Virus record (IMG/VR): IMGVR_UViG_2687453538_000001
Span: 1-64,000 of that record
DNA from: a virus
Taxonomy: Duplodnaviria > Caudoviricetes
Reading direction: 5' to 3' (one strand)
DNA: 64,000 nucleotides
This document shows positions 56,460 through 64,000 of the stretch, in pieces. The translations under genes were made by a program, and so were the position numbers. Each line of letters opens with the position of its first letter. Position 1 is the stretch's first letter. The notes below the pieces were generated by a model. That model was given only the letters and a program-made list of their open reading frames with translations. It was not told where the DNA came from and did no database searches.

Positions 56460-56719
56460 GACGGCACCGCCTGGACGTTGATCTGGATGGTGTTCATGGC
56501 CCCACGCACCCATACCCCAACAGATCCGGGCCACACTTCCACCACCTCGCAGTAGCGCAGCAGTCGGCCCGAGAAGTCATCAGCAGCAGGAATTGTCGCG
56601 CTTTCCTGGACGGTCAGCAGGTTGGAGTTCTTATTCTGAATCTCGAGGCCGGTTCCGACGGGGATACCGCTGCTGCTGTATACGTTGACCCATCCGATAT
56701 TGCTCGTGTTGATGTCCAT
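56456..56719 (-). CDS. Hypothetical (possibly virion) protein
   Basis: GGAGG RBS; 87 aa beta-rich. Confidence 0.6.
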   Translation of the reverse strand: MDINTSNIGWVNVYSSSGIPVGTGLEIQNKNSNLLTVQESATIPAADDFSGRLLRYCEVVEVWPGSVGVWVRGAMNTIQINVQAVPS

Positions 56720-56727
56720 GCAACCTC

Positions 56728-58929
56728 CTATACCGATGCGGAAATTACGAGCCTATTGGCGTCAGACCCATTCGCTGAACGACCTTGGGTTTGAGATATT
56801 TCAACCGTGAGAGAGCCACCATTAGGGATTCTCCTGACCTGGAGGATTGCAGATGGGGACCCGCCGTAGATGATTGCTTGATCCACTTGAACGCCGTTCA
56901 GCATCACCCGGAACACTGTCTCGTCAGCCGCTACCCCACTGGAAAGTGACAGAGAAACCCTGACGATCACATTCCGCATATCAGATTTCGCTACGAAGAC
57001 ACCGGTGCCGGTGTTGAACCATTCTGTTTGCAAGTTCAGCAAACCATCGTTCCTAACATCGCTTGGATTGAGGGTGGTAGGCTTGAAAACGCTGAAGGAA
57101 GTCGAGAAGGCTTGAGAGGATTGACGCGCATCAAGCGCGCAGTAGTCGTCATAACCCTGCGGATGAAGCACAGCAACACACTGAAAGAAGTCCGTAGGAA
57201 GATTGGCAAAAGCAATTGGCGAGACATAGGACGGGGCCCCTATCGAATAGATGATCTTATTTGATACGTGCCCATACAGTCGGTTCGTACCATCAATAGA
57301 GACGAACTGCCTGCAGTCGGAGCCAAGATTGATGAAGAACGCCGGGTTAGATGTGAGGTAGCCATTGCAGCCCTGCATCGTCAGAACATTTGACGAAACA
57401 TCCTGTGCGACATAAGCGCCAACAGCACCAGCCTCCAGTAAATTGCCAGTCTCTATGTGTGTGCCGTTCATGAAAAATTTACCGAACGAGTTCACATACT
57501 CGATATCGCCAGAAACCGGTTGAAGCTCCGACTTGAAGACGGGATACAGCGGCGTGAAGTTGGCGACACAACCCCCGGTGGTGTACACCAGGCATCCCCA
57601 GTTGTAGGCCACGATGGCCGGGAGGCTTTCCCAAAATGCTTTCCGGGGATCCCCCACTGGCAAGGTGTTGATAGTCGAATACAGAAGGCAGTCATCGAAG
57701 TGCAGGATGGTGTTTTGCCCGTAGCAATGGAATGCCGTCACGCACCACACCGTTTCGCAGGAAGACAAGATATTCTCGCTGTCACCCAGCATGCCAAGGC
57801 TTGGCGTCGTCGCCCATACCGGATCGCCGAAGGTCATGGCATTCCTGGCCTTCCAGAACGAACAACCAAACAGGTGGTTGTGTCGCCCACGAATCCACAG
57901 CGCCTCTCGGTAGGTCACTGAGTAGTCCATGTCAAACGTGAGGTTGTACAGCCTGTTGAAGTTGGTGAGCTTCATCACATAGTTTGCTGTAGCAGCCACA
58001 TCGAACGGACGGATCACGCCGCCTGCGCAGTAAATATCGATCTTCGACCCCACCTCAACAGAGGTCAGGTGGTAGATCCCGGTTGGGATCATGATCGCGA
58101 TGCGAGCGAAGTCAGGCCCTGGAGTCGTCCCGATCAGCGGAATTGCCAGGTTGAATGCGGCCTGAAATGCTGGCGTCCAGTCCCACGTGTCTGGATCGTT
58201 CGCGTCGGGCTTCACGGTAATCAGATTTGCAAACTCCCAAACCGATATAGCCTGAGCATTCAACATCTGCCCAGCCGAGATAATCGAGCTGCGCAATGGC
58301 GATCGTTTCCAACCAACAAGTGCCGCGCCTTTTGCAGCATTCGTGGGACTAGACAAATCTTGGACCGTATATGGCAGGCTGTCAGGCCCCATATACAGAA
58401 CGTTTGCCGCGTTGTTTATTGGACCTTGCCCAGTTGCCAAAATCTCTGCGACAAAATCAGCAACGTCCTTCCAGTTTGGAACCGAAGTATCCACCCGCTG
58501 CGACGAAGCAATGTTGACGATGCCATTGCCTTTACCTCGATAAAAGCCTGCACCATCCACATCCGAAGCACCGAGGCGCAAAGATCGATTCGTGTAGCGC
58601 ATCAGCTGCTTCAAGGCTTGCCAGATACGGTCAAAGTCGTTGTTAACGGTATTGGCAAGGAAGTCACCATTCTCCTGGTAGTCGTTCAGTCGCTCGAAAG
58701 GGACCTCAAGCGTGAACAGGATCTGCGCATTCAGGGGCGGAGCAGTGGTGAAGATAACGCTGCTGGTTGGGTTTTCCACCCCGGACTGGGTGTAACCCGA
58801 GGTGAGCTCTACCCCATCAACGTAGACCGCAAGGTCAGACGCCTGAATCACCAGGAAGGGTACGGTGAAGATTGTGCTCACGCCGTTGCCGACGTATCGC
58901 TGCTCTGTTGGTCCTGCTGGAACTGCCAT
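56728..58929 (-). CDS. Tailspike / tail fibre with putative beta-helix depolymerase domain
   Basis: T7 gp17-like N-terminus (YVGNGVSTIFTVPF..DL.VYVDG..DFDR); DWTPAFQAA..IPTGIY. Confidence 0.85.
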   Translation of the reverse strand: MAVPAGPTEQRYVGNGVSTIFTVPFLVIQASDLAVYVDGVELTSGYTQSGVENPTSSVIFTTAPPLNAQILFTLEVPFERLNDYQENGDFLANTVNNDFDRIWQALKQLMRYTNRSLRLGASDVDGAGFYRGKGNGIVNIASSQRVDTSVPNWKDVADFVAEILATGQGPINNAANVLYMGPDSLPYTVQDLSSPTNAAKGAALVGWKRSPLRSSIISAGQMLNAQAISVWEFANLITVKPDANDPDTWDWTPAFQAAFNLAIPLIGTTPGPDFARIAIMIPTGIYHLTSVEVGSKIDIYCAGGVIRPFDVAATANYVMKLTNFNRLYNLTFDMDYSVTYREALWIRGRHNHLFGCSFWKARNAMTFGDPVWATTPSLGMLGDSENILSSCETVWCVTAFHCYGQNTILHFDDCLLYSTINTLPVGDPRKAFWESLPAIVAYNWGCLVYTTGGCVANFTPLYPVFKSELQPVSGDIEYVNSFGKFFMNGTHIETGNLLEAGAVGAYVAQDVSSNVLTMQGCNGYLTSNPAFFINLGSDCRQFVSIDGTNRLYGHVSNKIIYSIGAPSYVSPIAFANLPTDFFQCVAVLHPQGYDDYCALDARQSSQAFSTSFSVFKPTTLNPSDVRNDGLLNLQTEWFNTGTGVFVAKSDMRNVIVRVSLSLSSGVAADETVFRVMLNGVQVDQAIIYGGSPSAILQVRRIPNGGSLTVEISQTQGRSANGSDANRLVISASV

Positions 58930-58952
58930 GGTCGCCCCCTGGTACTGGCGGG

Positions 58953-60581
58953 CTAGTAGTCGACTTGCACCTCGTGCACGCCCGCGTTGGTGCGCCAATG
59001 GTCCTGCCGGGCTTCTGTCGGTTTCCCGACTATCCGGCCAATGCGCACAGGGGTTTGGGCGATTGCGCCGGCACCGGAGTCGATGAAGTCATCGTCCTGG
59101 TCGGTGAGCGCTGGGTTGAAGTCGCGCATCTGGTCCCACAGCGGACCGCGCAGCACAGAGACGTGAGCCCACAGGAAGCGGGCAGAAAGGGGGGACTCCA
59201 GTGCGTCGAGAATGCGCTTCTGCTTGTTGGTGCTGCTGTGCTCTTCCCCTACCCCACAGCCGGTGCCCTTGAGCGCTTGGCGCAGGATGGTGGGCACGAA
59301 GCCGCCCGGGCCGTTTGTCTCCACCACAACGCGCGGAATCTGGTACTTGATCACCAGGTCGCGAACTTGCTGGACCTGGCCACCTGTAATCCTGCTGGTT
59401 GCTTCGTCGAAGGTGGCGATCTCACCCTCAAGGGCCTTGCACACCTGCCAGTACAGCTGGCCGCGCGCGTCGGTGAGGATCAGCGAGAACGCCGACGCAT
59501 CGGACTTGATCTTGCCCAGTGAGCAATCCCAGTAGGCGGCAGCGCCGACAATCTGGATGTTGCCCAGGTACATGGCGCATTCGCCGTTTGCGTAGCGAAT
59601 CTCCGGCTCAAGGTCGTACGGGATCATGCGCGCCGGGTCGAGACGAACCTCGGTCACTGGCTTGCTGTGCAACTGGTACTGGCTGTCCCATTCGTTGATT
59701 GTCCGGGTCTCGCGGCGGCGCTTCTCCAGCTCCACCATGTCGAATCGGTTGGGCCAGGCGCTGCCGGCGTAGCAGTCAATCAGGGTTCCAGGGGCTTCCA
59801 GGAACTCCAGGGTGCCGTCAGCGTAGCGGTAGTCCTTGTCCTCCACCAGCACACGCGCCAGCTTGCCGATGCCGGAGAACACCACCTCGGGCCTGAACGG
59901 CACGGCATAGGTCGTGTCCTTGGCCAGCTCGATGCGATGCTCGTCGGCGAACATGCGGATGGTCAGGCAATCCGCGCCCATCGCCTCCAGCTCGTCGTAC
60001 AGGCTGTCGTGGGTGTGGGGTGTGCCGATGAATAGCTTGCTGCCGCCCGGCACCAGAATGTGTGTCTGCTCGCCCAGCCGGTACCGAAGCTTCTCCCGCG
60101 CCTCGGGCGTCTGGATGTTGCGTGGCACCTCCACGTCATCGTTCTGGCATTCGTCAGCACGGGCCGAGGTGACGTTCGACAAGATGCCCTTGGCGAACAT
60201 CGAGGCGTTCCGGAAGTCGGCGGCGCCCTCAACCCACCACTGCTCGACTGTGCCCTGGTTGGGCGGCAGCAGGTGGCGGGTAAGCGGGTGGTTGCGAATG
60301 ACGTTTTGCGTGTCGCGGCTGGTCTTGTAGGCCGTGCCGTCGGCCTCGGACTGGTGCAGGATGCGAAACGTTGGGTTCCGGTAGTACCGCCAGGCGTTGT
60401 AGATCGCCAGGATGGTGGACTTGCCGAAGCCCCGGAAGCAACGCAAAACGGCCAGAGACCCTTTGGCCTCCAGCCATATCAGTGCCCTGACGTGAATGTC
60501 CGGCACCTCCCACCGCATCCGCTTTGACCAAATCAGGAAGAAGACCAGCAGGCTTACTTTCTTCTCCGGCTCATTGGGCAT
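58953..60581 (-). CDS. Terminase large subunit
   Basis: CFRGFGKST, NDDVE, IGTP, VETNG, DDDFIDS. Confidence 0.9.
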   Translation of the reverse strand: MPNEPEKKVSLLVFFLIWSKRMRWEVPDIHVRALIWLEAKGSLAVLRCFRGFGKSTILAIYNAWRYYRNPTFRILHQSEADGTAYKTSRDTQNVIRNHPLTRHLLPPNQGTVEQWWVEGAADFRNASMFAKGILSNVTSARADECQNDDVEVPRNIQTPEAREKLRYRLGEQTHILVPGGSKLFIGTPHTHDSLYDELEAMGADCLTIRMFADEHRIELAKDTTYAVPFRPEVVFSGIGKLARVLVEDKDYRYADGTLEFLEAPGTLIDCYAGSAWPNRFDMVELEKRRRETRTINEWDSQYQLHSKPVTEVRLDPARMIPYDLEPEIRYANGECAMYLGNIQIVGAAAYWDCSLGKIKSDASAFSLILTDARGQLYWQVCKALEGEIATFDEATSRITGGQVQQVRDLVIKYQIPRVVVETNGPGGFVPTILRQALKGTGCGVGEEHSSTNKQKRILDALESPLSARFLWAHVSVLRGPLWDQMRDFNPALTDQDDDFIDSGAGAIAQTPVRIGRIVGKPTEARQDHWRTNAGVHEVQVDY

Positions 60582-60906
60582 TGCTGCGCTGCATCCGCTC
60601 GATGATGGCCAGGGCTTCGCGCTCAGCCGCCGCAATCTCGCCGTCGAGTTCGTCAATCTTTGCGCCAGCCTCTAGTGCTGGCTTCTGCCGGTTGAGGATA
60701 CCGGCGATGTTCACCACCTTGAGCAGCAGCGTCATGGTTGCGGCGGCGTTCTTCTTGCACCAGTACCTGTCGCCCCGCTCCTGCTGGGTCAGCTCGCCAG
60801 GGGCCTTGTCAGCACCAGGCCACTGGTGCGGATCAACCTCGGTGATCACCACCTCGCCCAGGCGCTCGGTCAGCGCCTGCAGGCGCACAATCTGGTCGTC
60901 ACGCAT
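60571..60906 (-). CDS. Putative terminase small subunit
   Basis: 111 aa helical; overlaps terL start. Confidence 0.55.
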   Translation of the reverse strand: MRDDQIVRLQALTERLGEVVITEVDPHQWPGADKAPGELTQQERGDRYWCKKNAAATMTLLLKVVNIAGILNRQKPALEAGAKIDELDGEIAAAEREALAIIERMQRSNAQ

Positions 60907-60907
60907 A

Positions 60908-63475
60908 TCAGTCCCTCCCTACAGCGGCGCCCAGCGACGGGGCGCGATCTGGCAACGTCTCGCCCGGCTCCCACCAGAACTCCTGCCCGAAGTCCTTGCG
61001 CGCGCGCTGGCGCATCTTGCGCAGGTAGCCAGGCGAGAAGTACTCCTGCATCTGGTGAAAGATCATGTGGTCGGTGGCGGCCTTCGTGTACCAGAGGTTC
61101 GCGCCAGGCGTGTGGCTCTTGAGCAGGCGCACCAGGTTGCCCCCGGTGCTATCGACGTTTCCGTCAGCGGCAGTGCCCTTGAGCTTGAAGATGGATTCGA
61201 TATCGCCTGCGATGGGGCCGCCAATGGCAGCCAGGCCCGACTGCCCGCCTTGGGTCTGGTCGCTGAACAGGAAGTCACCGTACAGGCCCAGCGAGCCACC
61301 CTTGAGGAACGCTGCGGCGCCGAAGCGCAGGCCGGGGACGCCAAGCAAACCATCATCCAGCATGTTCTTGGGGTCTCGCCCTGCAGCGATTTCACCAAGC
61401 TGAATGGCCATGCCGCCCAAGACGGTGGTGCTGGCCATCAAGGCGGTCATATAGCCAGCCCTGCCCCAGCCAGTTTCTTGGGCCATGGCTCGCCGGAAGT
61501 GCCGCATCATCATGGCGATCGAGAAGGACTTGAACTGCCAGAAGCTGCGCATCAACTCTCCGCCGACGTCACCCCGCTCCCAGCGGCCAAGCATGAAGGC
61601 CCGTTCACGGGCGCCTGGCTCGATGATCGCCATGTTCGTTTCGTCCAGCACGGAGCCAAGCAGCTTGGTGGCTGCCTGGTCCTTGAGACGCTTGGGCGTG
61701 GTCTTGAATTGCTGGGCCAACGCAGTCAGCTGGGCTTCGGGGATGCGGTAGATGCTTCCTGCCGTGAGCACCTCATCGCCAACCCCGCGCCAGTCTTCGG
61801 GTTGCGCCAAGCGCCATACAGCCCAGTCAGCATCACTTACGCCCATGGCCTGCAACCGCTTGGCGTCGGCGGGATCCATGCTGGCGAAGTCTTGGAAGCG
61901 GCGCGTCATGCTTCCGATGGTGTCCATCATGGTGGCGCCGAAAGCCCGCTGCGATCCGGCAGTCAAGGCGTTCATGCCAGAGACCTGCATCACCTTGCTG
62001 GCGGCGGTCTGCGAGAACTTGGCAATGCGACCCGAGATTGCCTCACTGGTGCCCAGGCCATCGGCGCCCCAGCGGTTCAGGCTACCGATCATCTGGTTGA
62101 GCCCGAGGCCGGCGCGCATAGCGAGCCTGCGGTCGGCGGCATTGGCCGGGTTCAGCATCCTGGCTTCGTTGGCGAATACCTGCATGACGGGCATGCCGTT
62201 CATGGATGCGGTAAGGCCCAAGGTGCCCTGGTCGGTGACCGAGGTCAGCACCGCAGAGCCCAGGCGGCTGGCCACGTTCAGGGCTCGGTAGGTGTCGAAG
62301 CCGTTGGCGATGGCTGCCGAGGCTGGTGGCTCGCGGGTGCCGGCCACTTCCTCATACAGGTTCTCGATCCACTTTCGCTGCTTCTCCACCTTATCGCGGG
62401 CCTTCTCCCCCTTCTTTCCCTTGATGAGCAGGGCCTTGTCCATCTGCTGCTTCTGGCCTTCCTCAAGCCAGTAGCGCATTTGGTGGTTGGGATTGGGGCC
62501 CAGGGCTTCGACCAACGAAATGTCACGGGCGGCGCGGTCGATATGGCCGATCAGCAGCTCAAGCATGTTGCGCTCGCCATAGGCCTGCTGGGCGGCAATG
62601 AAGCTCTCGGCGTCCTTGTAGTGGATCTGGCGCGACTCGCTGCCACGGTTGGCGCGCATGCCGTTACCGGCCACGGCGCCGGGCTGCAGCTTGTTCAAGC
62701 CACCGGTTGCCAGCGTTTCCCAGGCATGCCCCAAGAACTCCGTCAGTTGCTGGTCATTCATGGGGGAGCCGTCTTCGTTCATGTACTTGCCACGGTTCGC
62801 CCATTTCACGTGGTCGCTGACCCACTGATCTCGGTCGCGGGCCACCTTCACCTGCGAGTGATCCCGAGGCATGGCCCAGTCGTTCAGCTTGCCCACGTCG
62901 CCGCCCGCCCGGTTGAAGCGCAGGCGCAGCGATTCGGTCACGTCTTGGAACGACTTGGCCGCAGCCTTGGCCGCGGCGTCGCCGGAGTCCTCGCCGTGCA
63001 GCTCGCGCACTAGCGCAAGGTTGCCTTCCTTGTCCTGGAACAGCCCCATGAACTTGCCTTTGGTCACGTCGATTACGTCTAGCATGCGGCTCAGGGCTTC
63101 GTCGCGAATGGCGCGGGTAGACGACTCGATCGACTGGATGCCGCTCTTGCCGTCGCTGGTGAACGCCAGCATGCGGTCCAGGCCTTCCAATGGCTGGTCG
63201 GGGAAGCGAGCCATGTAGCTCGCGATGCGGTCGTGGGCCAGGATGGTGAGCGCAACGCGCTTCTTCTTGAGGTCGGCTTCGGCCACCAAGTCCTTGGCCG
63301 ACTTCTGGGCCGCCTCGGTCAGCCGATCGGCAGCGGACTTGGACTGCCACTGTGGGTCAGTCTGCGCCAGTTGCTTCATGTTCTGGCGAACGCGGTTCTC
63401 TATGCCTTTGATTTCTTGCTGGGAGAGGGAACGGCCAATCGCCTGCGTGACGGCCTGGATACATTCGGGACGCAT
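60908..63475 (-). CDS. Internal virion / DNA ejection protein
   Basis: ~855 aa helical; QFKSF, GGSLGLYGD, PGANLWY motifs of podoviral ejection proteins. Confidence 0.75.
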   Translation of the reverse strand: MRPECIQAVTQAIGRSLSQQEIKGIENRVRQNMKQLAQTDPQWQSKSAADRLTEAAQKSAKDLVAEADLKKKRVALTILAHDRIASYMARFPDQPLEGLDRMLAFTSDGKSGIQSIESSTRAIRDEALSRMLDVIDVTKGKFMGLFQDKEGNLALVRELHGEDSGDAAAKAAAKSFQDVTESLRLRFNRAGGDVGKLNDWAMPRDHSQVKVARDRDQWVSDHVKWANRGKYMNEDGSPMNDQQLTEFLGHAWETLATGGLNKLQPGAVAGNGMRANRGSESRQIHYKDAESFIAAQQAYGERNMLELLIGHIDRAARDISLVEALGPNPNHQMRYWLEEGQKQQMDKALLIKGKKGEKARDKVEKQRKWIENLYEEVAGTREPPASAAIANGFDTYRALNVASRLGSAVLTSVTDQGTLGLTASMNGMPVMQVFANEARMLNPANAADRRLAMRAGLGLNQMIGSLNRWGADGLGTSEAISGRIAKFSQTAASKVMQVSGMNALTAGSQRAFGATMMDTIGSMTRRFQDFASMDPADAKRLQAMGVSDADWAVWRLAQPEDWRGVGDEVLTAGSIYRIPEAQLTALAQQFKTTPKRLKDQAATKLLGSVLDETNMAIIEPGARERAFMLGRWERGDVGGELMRSFWQFKSFSIAMMMRHFRRAMAQETGWGRAGYMTALMASTTVLGGMAIQLGEIAAGRDPKNMLDDGLLGVPGLRFGAAAFLKGGSLGLYGDFLFSDQTQGGQSGLAAIGGPIAGDIESIFKLKGTAADGNVDSTGGNLVRLLKSHTPGANLWYTKAATDHMIFHQMQEYFSPGYLRKMRQRARKDFGQEFWWEPGETLPDRAPSLGAAVGRD

Positions 63476-63536
63476 GGGCTTGCTCCTGTGGGGATGGAGC
63501 AAGCCTATGGCTTGAGGAAAGTCGGTTTCCCGACGT

Positions 63537-64000
63537 TTAGAGGCCTCGCTGCAGGAAGCAAGCGGCAGCAGCGGCGAACCCACGGGCATCCTGCTGGGCG
63601 GCCTTGATATAGTCGTCGGCCTGGGCCAGCAGCTCGCGAGCGGAGACGGTCACGGGGCGGCCCTCTTCGTCCAGGGCGCCAGTCGGCAGCCGCATATCAT
63701 CCACCCGGGTCATGATCTCGTCGGCGAGTTGAATGGTTGGGTCGGAATCGGCCTGGCTGGGTCCGGCCATATCGGCGGGATCGCGCTCTGGTGTCAAAGG
63801 TTTTGCCCCGGATGTAACGCTTTCAGCCTGTTTTGTCGTGTTCCCGGCCTGTTCTGTTACGCCATCAGCAGATTTTGTAACGGCCTTGGGTGAACCGATA
63901 TCCAACCCAGTCGGCTCAGCACGTGGCGCCAGTGCATCCTGCTCGGCAACCAGGCGGGCAATCTCAGCACGGGCAGCGGCTGCCAAATTCAAGCGTTCAT
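63537..64000 (-). CDS. C-terminus of an upstream (internal virion?) protein, partial
   Basis: Open frame reaching the window edge; ends AAACFLQRGL. Confidence 0.6.
   Translation of the reverse strand, partial: ERLNLAAAARAEIARLVAEQDALAPRAEPTGLDIGSPKAVTKSADGVTEQAGNTTKQAESVTSGAKPLTPERDPADMAGPSQADSDPTIQLADEIMTRVDDMRLPTGALDEEGRPVTVSARELLAQADDYIKAAQQDARGFAAAAACFLQRGL

Larger units (their letters stand above)
55958..64000. mobile_element. Podovirus-like integrated element (element 3), continues beyond window
   Basis: Terminase, tailspike and large helical virion proteins begin right after the att core. Confidence 0.85.

Noticed and set aside
60524-63013. 829-aa plus-strand ORF
   Set aside because: Antisense shadow of the GC-rich virion gene; no motifs or RBS.

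Overview
GC-rich, Pseudomonas-like DNA made up entirely of a tandem array of three phage elements at a tRNA-Cys(GCA) locus. The 3' half of tRNA-Cys plus its terminator occurs twice (3341-3384 and 55914-55961, minus strand); the intact tRNA is not in the window. (1) 1-3384 is a collapsed prophage remnant with a truncated integrase. (2) 3385-55957 is an apparently complete ~52.6 kb lambdoid siphoprophage with HK97-type head, lambda-type tail, GH19 endolysin and spanins, cI/cro, O/DnaC-like replication, Q, xis and int. (3) 55958 to beyond 64000 is the end of a podovirus-like element (internal virion proteins, terminase, tailspike). The strongest candidate for an undescribed system is a translationally coupled pair directly behind cI, at the position of lambda rexAB: a YejK/NA37-like nucleoid-associated protein and a RelA/SpoT small alarmone synthetase (43604-45645). 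Other cargo includes a PL7 alginate-lyase-like first gene of the pL operon, HEPN-like/Abi-like morons, a MerR-methyltransferase-GNAT cassette, several LexA-like boxes and a second tyrosine recombinase. All family calls come from reading motifs by eye, not from database searches.
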